From an uncultured delta proteobacterium (lineage in GTDB: Bacteria; Myxococcota_A; Polyangia; Palsa-1104), in assembly GCA_963785725.1 (NCBI GenBank), contig CAWAWS010000015.1:1-64000 (forward strand): a DNA stretch of 64,000 nucleotides, read 5' to 3'. A program made the translations under genes and the position numbers. The notes below the pieces were generated by a model. The model was not told the origin of the DNA, ran no database searches, and worked only from the letters and a program-made list of their open reading frames with translations. Shown here piece after piece: positions 19,671-29,244 of the stretch (the stretch's first letter is position 1; each line of letters starts with the position of its first letter).

Positions 19671-21662
19671 ATGAAGTGCCTTAGCCTTACCTCTTTGTCC
19701 TGGTTGGCGCTGTCGTTGGTGTCGGTCGGTTGTGGCGGCGGCCATGGCAGCGGCGCGAACGGCGGTAAAGCGGTCGGCGTCGCGCCCATGTCGTCGTCGC
19801 TGGCGTTGACGTCGGACGACGCGCAGCTGTGGGTCGTCAACGCCGACTCCGACTCGGTGTCGCTGCTCGACGCCAAGGCGCGCACGCTCACCGCCGAGAT
19901 CGCGCTCGGCACGGCGCCGCCGGCGGTCGATCCGGTGACGATGCGCTTCGATCCCAAGGTTTCGCCGCGCGCGCTGGCGATCCTGCCGGGCAACGCCAAA
20001 GTTTACGTCGCCGGGCAGCGCGCCGACACCGTCTACGTCGTCGACGCGGCCAGCCGCAGCGTCAGCGCCAAGATCGCGGTCGGCGCCGAGCCGACGGCGG
20101 TCGTCGCGTCGGCCGACGGCACAGCGGTCTACGTCGTCAGCCACGAAGCCGCCGTGGTGACGAAGATCGATCCGACGACGAATACGGTCGTGGCGACGTT
20201 GCCGGTGAACGAGCATCCGTGGGGCGCGTCGCTGTCGGCGGACGGCAAGTCGCTCTTGGTGACGCATTTGCTGCTGCACGCGGGCATGACGGTCATCGAC
20301 ACGGCGACGTTCACCGTGCGCAACACCGTCGAGCTCGTGAATCAGCCGGCGGACACGGCGTCGAAGCTGGTGCCGAACGGCGTCCCGCGCGGCGTCTACA
20401 TGGCGGTGCCGCGGCCGGGCGTCGGTGGCGGCGACATTTGGCTGCCGCACATGCTGCTGGCGACGGGCTTGGCGCAGCCCGATCTCGACTTTCAGTCGAC
20501 GGCGTTTCCGACCATCTCGACGTTCGCCGCCGACGCGACGACGGTGGCCAAGCGGCTGGTCTTCAAGCCGCTGACGGTGCCGGGCGCGACGGGCGCCTTC
20601 AACGACTCCATCTCGGGTCCGCACGCGCTGGCGTTCACGCCCGACGGCACGCTGGCGCTGATGGCCAACTCGGCGTCCGAAGACGTCATGGTCTTCGACG
20701 GCAAGACGGGCAACGAGCGGCAGCTGGTGCGGCCGGTGCCGGGCGCGCTCTTGGAGGGCATCGTCGTCGACTCGACCGGCACGCACGCCTTCATCGACGG
20801 GCGCAACACGCACAACATCATCGCGCTCTCGATCATCAACGGCACGGCGCTCGACGTCGCGGTCGACGGCGATCCGATCGAGCGGCTGCAGAGCGGCGAC
20901 CCGATGCCGACGACGATGCGGCTCGGCCAGCGCCTGTTTTACACGGCCAACTCCTCGGCCTTCCCGATCACGCAGAACTTCTGGATCGCTTGCGCCACCT
21001 GCCATCTCGAGGGCGGCACCGACGCGGTGACCTGGAAGTTCGCGCAAGGTCCGCGCGACACGCCGTCGAACGCCGGCGGGCCGATCAACACCGGCTTCCT
21101 CATGCGCCAGGCGCTGCGCAACAACATGGAAGACTACGACGTCACGATTCAGACGGAGCAGGGCGGCCTCTTCCATCGCGACGTGCCGTCACAGCTGCCG
21201 TACTTGGACGCGCTCGGCCAATACACCAACTACGCCATCCCGTACCCGAACAATCCCAACGTCAGCGCCGACGGCACGCTCACGGCGCAGCAGACGCGCG
21301 GGCAGACGACGTTCACGAGCTTGTGCGCGAGCTGCCACACCGGCGCCTATTACACCGACAGCGGCGCCGGCAACCCGACGCTGGTCATGGACGGATCGCT
21401 GCCGATCCTGTTGCACAACGTCGGCACCTGCGTGCAAGGCACGTCGTTCGACGATCAGCCGCACAAAGACGACGTGGTCGGCACCTTGCGCACCGCCTGC
21501 GACTTCGACACGCCGACGCTGCGCGGCATCTTCGCCACCGCGCCCTATTTCCACGACGGCAGCGCCGCCACGCTCGACGACGTCGTCGCCCGGCTGCCGA
21601 TCTCGAGCTCACTTTTGGCGTCGGACCAAGCCGATCTCGTCGCCTTCCTAAAGACGCTATGA
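19671..21662 (+). CDS. YVTN/YncE beta-propeller fused to di-heme cytochrome c peroxidase (CcP/MauG-like) lipoprotein
   Basis: Lipobox SVGC, propeller repeats, CATCH and CASCH, RDTPS, and TPTLRGIFATAPYFHDGSAATL. Confidence 0.85.
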   Translation: MKCLSLTSLSWLALSLVSVGCGGGHGSGANGGKAVGVAPMSSSLALTSDDAQLWVVNADSDSVSLLDAKARTLTAEIALGTAPPAVDPVTMRFDPKVSPRALAILPGNAKVYVAGQRADTVYVVDAASRSVSAKIAVGAEPTAVVASADGTAVYVVSHEAAVVTKIDPTTNTVVATLPVNEHPWGASLSADGKSLLVTHLLLHAGMTVIDTATFTVRNTVELVNQPADTASKLVPNGVPRGVYMAVPRPGVGGGDIWLPHMLLATGLAQPDLDFQSTAFPTISTFAADATTVAKRLVFKPLTVPGATGAFNDSISGPHALAFTPDGTLALMANSASEDVMVFDGKTGNERQLVRPVPGALLEGIVVDSTGTHAFIDGRNTHNIIALSIINGTALDVAVDGDPIERLQSGDPMPTTMRLGQRLFYTANSSAFPITQNFWIACATCHLEGGTDAVTWKFAQGPRDTPSNAGGPINTGFLMRQALRNNMEDYDVTIQTEQGGLFHRDVPSQLPYLDALGQYTNYAIPYPNNPNVSADGTLTAQQTRGQTTFTSLCASCHTGAYYTDSGAGNPTLVMDGSLPILLHNVGTCVQGTSFDDQPHKDDVVGTLRTACDFDTPTLRGIFATAPYFHDGSAATLDDVVARLPISSSLLASDQADLVAFLKTL

Positions 21663-21738
21663 GCGTTTCGCGCGCGCGTGTGTGCGCCGATGACCCAACG
21701 GATTTCGCGTAGCTAGCTCGTCGTACGAAATCTGTCGG

Positions 21739-21765
21739 TAAAGTATGGACGGCAACGTCCGATGC
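21739..21765 (+). promoter_or_regulatory. Sigma28 (FliA)-type promoter TAAA-N15-TCCGATGC
   Basis: Fits the TAAA-N15-GCCGATAA consensus. Sister sites at 29126 and 51763. Confidence 0.6.
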
Positions 21766-21773
21766 GATCTGCG

Positions 21774-23105
21774 ATGATCTTCCACCGGCAACACACTCGT
21801 CACAACTTGGTCCTCGAAGCAGAAGTGAGCTGCGAGGGACGGCTCATTCAGGGCCGCACCATGAACATCTCCAAAGGCGGCTGCAGCGTCTTGTCACGGA
21901 CGCCGCTGACGGTCGGCTGTGAGCACTCGGTGCGCCTCAAGATCGACGGGCTCGGCGGCAAGCTGCCGGCCGCGGTCGACCTGAGCGCGATGGTCGTGTG
22001 GTGTACGCGCGCCGACCGCGACTTCCAGATCGGCCTCAAGTTCTTCAGCCAGTCGAACGAGACGGTGAAGCTGCTGGAGACGATCTTGGGGGCGGCCGCG
22101 GCGCAGGCGCCGGCCAACGATCGCGACGAGCCGGTCGTTACTCCCGTCGCCGCCGCGCCCAACCCCGATCCGTTCGCCTACGCGCTCGAGGATCTGGCGA
22201 CGGTCGACGGCTTCACGGTCTCGCACAGCCAAGAAGACCTCGATCAGGTCGATCGGCTGGCCGAGATGGTGGTCAACCACTTCTGGCAGAACCGGCCCGA
22301 TCCGCTGGCGTTCCCGCACTTGGCGACGCAGATGATCGACGCGCTCGAAGATCCCGAGGTCGACCTGCAGAAGATCGTCGGGCTCGTGCAGCAGGAGCCG
22401 GCGATCGCGGCGTCGCTCATGAAAGCGGCCAATTCGCCGCTGTTCCGGCGCGGTATGCCGGTGTTGAACTTGAACAGCGCGGTGACCAAGCTCGGCCTGC
22501 GCACCGTCGGCCACTTGGCGGCGGGCGTGGCGTCGACGGCGCTGTTCGACATGGCGGCGCGCACCGAGCTCGCGCTGCACGCCGGCCGCTGGCACTCGAT
22601 CTTCCATCACGCGCTGACGACGGCGTTCTCGTCGGCGTGGCTGGCCGAGCGCTGCCGCGTCTGGCTGCCCGATCGCGCGTTCTCGGCGGGCCTGTTGCAC
22701 GACGTCGGTAAGTCGCTGGCGCTGCGTTCGTTGAGCGCGCTGCAGATCGACGGCAAGGTCGACACGCAGCTGCCCGATCAGGTGGTGGAGATGGTGCTCG
22801 AGAAGACGCACCTCGAGCTCGGCGTCGAGATGCACGTCGCCTGGAGCTTGCCGGAGTATTTGCTGACGGCGTGCCGGCAGCATCACGACGAGACGCTGGC
22901 CGACTCGGCCGAGACGCGCGTCCTGCACGTCGTGCGCGTGGCGTCGGGGCTCAACGAGCTGCGCACGCAGCCGTCGCTGGCGGCGCAGCGGGCGCCGGCG
23001 TTGTGCCAGAGCTTGCGTACGCTCGGCCTCGAGCGCACGGGGTTGACCGTCATTCGCGAGCAGCTCGAGCACTTCGCGCAAAAGGTCGAAGGCATCATCG
23101 CCTGA
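21774..23105 (+). CDS. PilZ-HDOD domain protein
   Basis: PilZ RQHTR and NISKGG. HDOD QEPAIAASLMKAANS and AFSAGLLHDVGK. Start placed after the sigma28 -10 element (alternative 21762). Confidence 0.85.
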   Translation: MIFHRQHTRHNLVLEAEVSCEGRLIQGRTMNISKGGCSVLSRTPLTVGCEHSVRLKIDGLGGKLPAAVDLSAMVVWCTRADRDFQIGLKFFSQSNETVKLLETILGAAAAQAPANDRDEPVVTPVAAAPNPDPFAYALEDLATVDGFTVSHSQEDLDQVDRLAEMVVNHFWQNRPDPLAFPHLATQMIDALEDPEVDLQKIVGLVQQEPAIAASLMKAANSPLFRRGMPVLNLNSAVTKLGLRTVGHLAAGVASTALFDMAARTELALHAGRWHSIFHHALTTAFSSAWLAERCRVWLPDRAFSAGLLHDVGKSLALRSLSALQIDGKVDTQLPDQVVEMVLEKTHLELGVEMHVAWSLPEYLLTACRQHHDETLADSAETRVLHVVRVASGLNELRTQPSLAAQRAPALCQSLRTLGLERTGLTVIREQLEHFAQKVEGIIA

Positions 23106-23373
23106 CGTTCGCCGCCAGCTTCCCCCTGCCGTCGCCGCCCTCGTTCTCTTCGCTCGCCTGCACCGACCGCCTCAATCGTTAGACCCGGCCACGCCGCCCT
23201 AAAAGGCGCAGCCGCGTTCGCCGGCGCGCGCGCCGCCGCGTCACGACCGCCGGCGCGAACAGTCCGTGCCCGACGATCTTCGTGTGCGGCATGGCGTCAC
23301 GTGCGTGCGTGACGAATGTGCCGTGGATGGGGAACGGGGTTGCGGCAGGTAAAGCGGCGGGCGGTGGTCGCGG

Positions 23374-25992
23374 TCAGCTGGCCTTCGATTCCAGCTCGAT
23401 GTCGATGTCGACTTCCAGCTCCGCCGACGCACGCGAGGTGAACGGCAGCTCGATCACGAGGCGCGACCCGCGCCCGGCCGTCGACTCGAGGTGCGCCGTC
23501 CCGCCCGCCTCGACGGCGATGGCGCGCACGACGTCCATGCCGACGCCGCGACCGGACAACATCGTCACCGACTCCGCCGTCGAGAAGCCGGGCTCGAACA
23601 GGAGCTCGAGCAGCTCGTGATCGCTGACGACGGCATCGGCGCGCAGGCGGCCCGACTGCACCGCTTTGCCGCGCACGCGCGCCAGGTCGACGCCGCGGCC
23701 ATCGTCACGCAGCTCGATGCGCATGCGCTTGCCGTGCAGGCGCGCCTTGAGCGCGATCGTGCCTGCCGGCGGCTTGCCGGCGGCGGCGCGCGCCTCCGGC
23801 GTCTCGATGCCGTGATCGACGGCGTTGCGCGCGGCGTGCAGCAACATCTCGCCCAGCCGACGCAGACCCGGCTCGTCCGCTTCCACTTCGTCGCCGTCGA
23901 CCTCGAGCACGACCTCTTTGCCGAGCTCGCGCGCCGCTTCGGCGATCGTGCGCGCCAGGCGATCGGCCAGCGACGCGATCGGGCGCCGACCGAGGCGGTC
24001 GATGCTGCGGCGCAGGGCGTGCCACGACGTCGCCAGCGTCTGCCCGTCGCTGCCGAGCAGCGCCTCCTCGAACGTGCGGGCCGCGGCCGAGACCGCGCGG
24101 GCGCGCTCGGCGTCCTCGAGCGGCTTCGGCGGCAGCGTCGCTTCCACGGTCAAGCCGACGGCGTCGGTGCACAAGCGCAAGACGCGCGCTTCGGCCACCG
24201 GCGTTCCCTCGGCCAGCGCGGCGCCGACGCTGAGCAGGCCGGCTTCGTAGGTCATGGCCGCGATCGTCGCCAGCGCCGCCGTGCGCTCCTCGGCCGTGCC
24301 GCTGGTGCGCGCCGCGGCGCCGTGCAGCGCGCGCAAATGCTCGGCCGAGCGCGCGCCCGTCGCCCGCAGCTCGACCTGAAACGTCTGATACAGGCGCAGA
24401 TGCGAGTCGAGCTCGGCGATCCACTGCTCGACGCGCGCCGCCAAGCTGCGCTGCGGCCGCTCGCTCTTGCGCGCCTCTTGCAGCATGCGATCGACGTCTT
24501 GCACCTGCTCCGCCAGCGCCGTCAGCTGGAAACGCCGCGCACAGGCGCGATAGAGCGCCACCTGATCGCTCAGCGTCTGCACCGCTTGCAGCCCCTCTTT
24601 GCCACGCGGATGCGCCTGCCAATCGGCCAGCGCGCGCTCCATCTGCGACAAGAGGCGGCGCGCCTCCTCGTGAAAGAGGCCGAGCGCGTCGACGCGCGTG
24701 CGCGGCCACAAGTGTGGCTGCAGGGCGCGCCCCATCGCCTGCAGCTGCTGTAGCTCGTCGAGCGCCAGCGCGATCGGCGCGCCCGCTTGGTGGTCGCGCT
24801 CGGCGCGGCGCGCGATCGAGCGCACGCTGTCGACGCCGAGCGACGCCGCGCACGCCGTCAGCGCCGCCAACGCCGACGCGCGCTCGCTCGTGTCGGTCGC
24901 CTGCTGCACCTCGGCCAAGCAGCGCTCGGCTTCGGCGAGATAATGACGCGGCAGCGGACACTCGCGCAGCTCGCGCACCAAGGGCTTGAGCTGTCGCGCC
25001 AGCTGGCCGAGGCGCGTCCGCGCCTTGTCGTCATGGGGATCGCGCGCGGCCACGAGCGCGCGGCGCAGCGCGTCGAGCTCGATGCGCTCGACGCGACCGG
25101 CGAGCTCGTCGAGCGCCTCGCGGCTCATGCGCTCGGCCACGTCGTCGAGCGCGTCGATGAGCCGATCGACCTCCTCGCGATAACGCACGGCCGTCGCCTG
25201 CTTGTTGCTCGTGCCGGCCGCCGCCGTGACGCCGGCGCGCACGCGCGACAAGTGCGCGTCAATCGCCGCCAGCCGCTCCGGATCGACCGGCTCGGCCGAG
25301 GCGCGCACCGTCGACAAGTAATCCTCGGCCGCGTGCGCCGCTTCCTGCACGGCGGCGATGCCGAACGCGCGCGCCGTGCCCTTGAGCGTATGCAGCGAGC
25401 GAAACAGGTGATGCACCGCGTGGCGCGCCGCCGGATCGGCCACCAGCCGCTCGAACGCGCTCTGGCAATCGGCGACCAAGCCCGTGGCCTCGCACGCGAA
25501 CAGCTCGAGCTGCTCGGGCGTCGGCCCGGTCGCGACCGCCTGCGCCGTCGCGCCTTCGCCGGCCACTTCGGGCCGCACGTGCAGCATGATGCGCTCGACG
25601 ATGCCCGCGTCGTCGACGAGCGGCGAGCAGTCGATGGCGTAGACGCTGACGGCGCCGTCGTCGCTGCGGTAGGACGCGCGGCGCGGCGCCTGGTCGGCAT
25701 AAATGTCCCATGCGCCCGTGTCCTGCCCGATGACGCTGGCGATCCACAGCTGCACGAGACCGGCGGCGCCGTCGTCGGGGATGCCGAGCACCTCGTGCAC
25801 CGGCTTGCCGACGGCGGACGCCGACGTGACGCCGATGAGCTCGGTGCGCGCGAACGCGGCCTCGACGAGCCCTTCGGCGGTGACGACGAGGAGCGCGCCC
25901 GGCATGCCGGCCAAGACGCGCGCGGCCAAGTCGGCGCCGACGTCGTTGGCGGCCTGCGCATCGTTCGGCAGCGGCTGGTTCGGCGAATCCAT
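23374..25992 (-). CDS. cheA: CheA-like histidine kinase: PAS, Hpt, helical repeats, HATPase, no CheW/P5 domain
   Basis: Hpt LFRSLHTLKG. HATPase RNAVDHGIE, DDGRG, LFEPGFST and SGRGVGMDVV. Ends ~19 aa after IELP. Start uncertain (25992/26010/26046). Confidence 0.85.
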   Translation of the reverse strand: MDSPNQPLPNDAQAANDVGADLAARVLAGMPGALLVVTAEGLVEAAFARTELIGVTSASAVGKPVHEVLGIPDDGAAGLVQLWIASVIGQDTGAWDIYADQAPRRASYRSDDGAVSVYAIDCSPLVDDAGIVERIMLHVRPEVAGEGATAQAVATGPTPEQLELFACEATGLVADCQSAFERLVADPAARHAVHHLFRSLHTLKGTARAFGIAAVQEAAHAAEDYLSTVRASAEPVDPERLAAIDAHLSRVRAGVTAAAGTSNKQATAVRYREEVDRLIDALDDVAERMSREALDELAGRVERIELDALRRALVAARDPHDDKARTRLGQLARQLKPLVRELRECPLPRHYLAEAERCLAEVQQATDTSERASALAALTACAASLGVDSVRSIARRAERDHQAGAPIALALDELQQLQAMGRALQPHLWPRTRVDALGLFHEEARRLLSQMERALADWQAHPRGKEGLQAVQTLSDQVALYRACARRFQLTALAEQVQDVDRMLQEARKSERPQRSLAARVEQWIAELDSHLRLYQTFQVELRATGARSAEHLRALHGAAARTSGTAEERTAALATIAAMTYEAGLLSVGAALAEGTPVAEARVLRLCTDAVGLTVEATLPPKPLEDAERARAVSAAARTFEEALLGSDGQTLATSWHALRRSIDRLGRRPIASLADRLARTIAEAARELGKEVVLEVDGDEVEADEPGLRRLGEMLLHAARNAVDHGIETPEARAAAGKPPAGTIALKARLHGKRMRIELRDDGRGVDLARVRGKAVQSGRLRADAVVSDHELLELLFEPGFSTAESVTMLSGRGVGMDVVRAIAVEAGGTAHLESTAGRGSRLVIELPFTSRASAELEVDIDIELESKAS

Positions 25993-26064
25993 CGTATTGC
26001 CCTCGGACATGCGTCGGCGTAGCGCCATACCAAACAGACTCGACACTAAATCCCCCCCATCCGT

Positions 26065-26556
26065 TTACTGGTGCGCCGGTTCGTGAATGCGCAGACCGAG
26101 CAGCATCTTGATCGTTCCTGCCGCCGTATCGAGCGTGATGACGAGCGTGCGCCGCGTCAGCTGCAGGCCGTCCACGCCGACGTAGGTGGGCGGCGCGATC
26201 TCGACGTCGTAGCCGGCGTCGACGAGCTTGCCGGTGGCGTTGCCGGTGATGATGTTGGCGAGCTCGGACACGGCCTCGTGACAGACGACGAGATCGACGT
26301 CGTCCGACGCCAACATCTTGCCGGCGATGATGCGCGCCAAGCCCTCGGACACGACGCAGGTCAGCGGCCCGACGACGTTGCCGCGCAGCTCGATGGTCAC
26401 CCCCAGCCACGGCGGCGGATCGATCTGCGTCGTCACCGCCATCTCGCGCAGCGACGGCTCTTCGCCGACGTACGACTTGATCACATCGATCACCGGCTCG
26501 ATGACGGCGTTGACGATGTCGGCGCTGATGGGCGACTTCTGTGGCATTCCGCTCAT
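26065..26556 (-). CDS. cheX: CheX family CheY-P phosphatase
   Basis: AVSELANIITGNA (ExxN) and IAPPT. ATGA overlap with the ATPase stop codon. Confidence 0.85.
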   Translation of the reverse strand: MSGMPQKSPISADIVNAVIEPVIDVIKSYVGEEPSLREMAVTTQIDPPPWLGVTIELRGNVVGPLTCVVSEGLARIIAGKMLASDDVDLVVCHEAVSELANIITGNATGKLVDAGYDVEIAPPTYVGVDGLQLTRRTLVITLDTAAGTIKMLLGLRIHEPAHQ

Positions 26557-28208
26557 TTGGTCACTCGCAGGACTTCTTGGAAGCTGGTGGCGCCGGCGAA
26601 CAGCCGCTTGAGCGCCTGAAAACGCATGGTGCGAAAGCCTTCGGCGTTGGCGCGCTGGCGAATCTCGGCGTCGGTGGCGCCGCGGGCGATGAGCCCGCGC
26701 GTCACGTCCGACAGCTCGAGCAGCTCGCGAATGGCCAAGCGGCCGGCGTAGCCCGAGCGCTGGCATTCGCTGCAGCCGGCGCCCTTTTTCCACGTCGTGC
26801 CCGGCGGCAGCGCCGGCAAGCCGAGCGCCGAGCGCTCGCTCTCGGTCGGCTCGTACTCGACCGCGCAATGCTGACAAACCTTGCGCAAGAGGCGCTGCGC
26901 GATGACCCCGACCAGCGACGGCGCCACCAGATAAGGCTCGATGCCCATCTCCGTCAGTCGCGTAATCGCGCTCACCGCGTCGTTGGTGTGCAGCGACGAC
27001 ATGACGAGGTGGCCCGTGAGCGCGGCCTCGGCGGCGATGACGCCGGTCTCGTGGTCACGAATTTCGCCGACGAGGATGACGTTCGGATCTTGGCGCAAGA
27101 TCGAGCGCAGCGCGCCCGCGAACGTCAACCCGCGCTTGGCGTTGACCTGCACCTGGTTGATGCCCGGCAGCTGATACTCGACCGGATCTTCGACCGAGAT
27201 GATGTTGATCTCCGGCGAGCGCACGGCGTTGAGCGCGCCGTACAGCGTCGTCGACTTGCCCGAGCCGGTCGGTCCGGTCACGAGCAGCATGCCGTAAGGC
27301 ACGCGAATCATGCGCTCGAAGATCGCCAGCTGATCGGGATCGAACCCGAGCTGCTCGAGCGGCAGCGCCGCTTTGGTGTTGTCGAGGATACGGCAGACGA
27401 CCTTCTCGCCCCAGTAGGTCGGCAAGATCGAGACGCGCAGGTCGATGTCGCCTTCCTGCTTCTTCAGCTTGATGCGCCCATCTTGCGGCGTCTGGCGAAT
27501 GGAAATATCGAGCAGCGACAGAATCTTCACGCGCGAGACCAGCGCCGGATGCATCTCGATCGGCCGCGCGTCGACGTGACGCAAGACGCCGTCGACGCGA
27601 TAACGCACCACCGTCTCGCGCTCGGAGGCCTCGATGTGAATGTCGCTGGCGCGCATGGACACGGCGTCGGTGATGATGCGATCGACGAGCGCGGTCGCCT
27701 CGAGCAGCGCCTCTTGCGAGACGTTCTCGTCGGCCTCCTGCTCGGCGCGGCCGGCGCTGATGCGCGGCTCGTACAAGCGGCGGATGGCGCGCTCGATCTC
27801 GTTCGGCGACGCCACGACCGGCGTAATCGTGCGGCGCAAGGTCTGGCTCAGCCAGTCGAACAGCTCGATGCGCGTCGGGTCGCAACAGGCGACCGTCAGC
27901 TCCTCGGCCGACGCGAACGTCGGCACGAGCTTGTGCTTCTCGGCCAGCGCGCGCGGCACCAAATCGGCCAGCTCGGCCACCAATTCGATGCCGTCGAGCT
28001 CGAGGCGCGGCAGCTTGAAGTGCTCGGCCACCGTCGTCACCACCGATTCGACGGTGGTAAAGCCGTGGGCCGCGAGGCTCGCCTCGCTCATCTTCCCGCT
28101 GCGCAAGAGGTCGAGCGCGACGAGCCCGTTGGGGACGGCCGTGCGGCCCGACCGCCGTGAGGCGTCGTTGGCGGCCGGCCTTTGGGCGAGCGAAGGCGAT
28201 GGCTTCAC
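26553..28208 (-). CDS. pilB: GspE/PilB family secretion/pilus assembly ATPase
   Basis: ASDIHIE, PQDGRI, Walker A GPTGSGKST, EDPVEY, LRQDPNVILVGEIRD, TGHLV, and a tetra-Cys Zn motif. Confidence 0.92.
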   Translation of the reverse strand: MKPSPSLAQRPAANDASRRSGRTAVPNGLVALDLLRSGKMSEASLAAHGFTTVESVVTTVAEHFKLPRLELDGIELVAELADLVPRALAEKHKLVPTFASAEELTVACCDPTRIELFDWLSQTLRRTITPVVASPNEIERAIRRLYEPRISAGRAEQEADENVSQEALLEATALVDRIITDAVSMRASDIHIEASERETVVRYRVDGVLRHVDARPIEMHPALVSRVKILSLLDISIRQTPQDGRIKLKKQEGDIDLRVSILPTYWGEKVVCRILDNTKAALPLEQLGFDPDQLAIFERMIRVPYGMLLVTGPTGSGKSTTLYGALNAVRSPEINIISVEDPVEYQLPGINQVQVNAKRGLTFAGALRSILRQDPNVILVGEIRDHETGVIAAEAALTGHLVMSSLHTNDAVSAITRLTEMGIEPYLVAPSLVGVIAQRLLRKVCQHCAVEYEPTESERSALGLPALPPGTTWKKGAGCSECQRSGYAGRLAIRELLELSDVTRGLIARGATDAEIRQRANAEGFRTMRFQALKRLFAGATSFQEVLRVTK

Positions 28209-28699
28209 GAATTGGCCTCGAAGAGGGAATCGAGGTCATCTTGCGTGACGTGATCTTTGTGCAGCTCGGACTCGGCTTTGGCCGCCACCTGCGGCTTGGG
28301 CGTAATCAAGAGCTGCAACTCGGCTGCGCTCAAGATGCCGTCGACGTCGATCGCAGCGGCCGGTGCGGCAGCGACCGCGGCGACGGGCTTCGTGACGACG
28401 ACCGCGGCCATGGGCGGCGCCGGCAAGGGATCATTGGCGCGCGCGGCCGCGGCGAACGCGGTCGGCGGCGGCGGCAGGGCGCTGACGCGACGCGCGGCCG
28501 AGACCGACGCCGCCGCCGAAGCGCCGGGACCGACGACGGCCGCGGCCTTGACCATCTGATTGCCGCAACCGCCGCAGAAGCGATCGCTGGCGCTGTTGCC
28601 GAATCCGCAGCGCGTGCAGGCGGGGCGGTTGTCGAGCCCGCACTGACCGCAATAGCGGCGTCCCGATTCGTTGACGTGGCTGCAGCCGCTGCAAGTCAT
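28205..28699 (-). CDS. Double zinc ribbon protein with FliM/CheZ-like C-terminal peptides
   Basis: Four CxxC pairs, Ala/Pro linker, ILSAAELQLLI and VTQDDLDSLF. 4-nt overlaps with both neighbours. Confidence 0.8.
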   Translation of the reverse strand: MTCSGCSHVNESGRRYCGQCGLDNRPACTRCGFGNSASDRFCGGCGNQMVKAAAVVGPGASAAASVSAARRVSALPPPPTAFAAAARANDPLPAPPMAAVVVTKPVAAVAAAPAAAIDVDGILSAAELQLLITPKPQVAAKAESELHKDHVTQDDLDSLFEANS

Positions 28700-29094
28700 G
28701 GGCGACCTCCCACGGCGAGCGCAGGCCCGGGCGTGATGCCGGCGATGCGCTGCACGATGGCGCGAACTTTTTCCGCTTGAAAAGGCTTGAGCAAGTAGTG
28801 CTTCACGCCGGCTTTTTGCGCGGCGATGATCTTGTCGCGCGCCGTCAGCGAGCTGCACATGATGACCACTGCTTCCGGATGGAGCTGCAACAGCTCCGTC
28901 GCCGCGGTGAGCCCGTCTTTACCCGGCATGACGATGTCGAGCGTCATCAGCGTCGGGTGAAAGGTTTCGTACAACCGACCCGCGTCGTCTCCGCTGGCAC
29001 CCTCGGCGACGACGGTAAAACCGGCGCTCTCCAAGATGGCCTTGAGACTCTTGCGCATGACGGCGGAATCGTCGATTACGACCGCAGTGTGCAT
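28696..29094 (-). CDS. cheY: CheY-like single-domain response regulator
   Basis: IDDS, LDIVMPGKDG, IMCSS and LKPF. Confidence 0.9.
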   Translation of the reverse strand: MHTAVVIDDSAVMRKSLKAILESAGFTVVAEGASGDDAGRLYETFHPTLMTLDIVMPGKDGLTAATELLQLHPEAVVIMCSSLTARDKIIAAQKAGVKHYLLKPFQAEKVRAIVQRIAGITPGPALAVGGRP

Positions 29095-29125
29095 ACCGAC
29101 CTCTCGCAGTTTCGTAGCAAGAGGT

Positions 29126-29152
29126 TCATCGGCCCTCGATCGAGCCGCTTGA
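29126..29152 (-). promoter_or_regulatory. Sigma28-type promoter TCAA-N15-GCCGATGA
   Basis: Lies directly upstream of the cheY operon. Confidence 0.7.
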
Positions 29153-29244
29153 GTGGATTTTGGCGATCGACTGCGAATTTTTTTGCAGTGCCGACTACGA
29201 TGCGGGCGACGGTGCGGGTAAAGCGGCGGCGATGTGCGCGCGGG

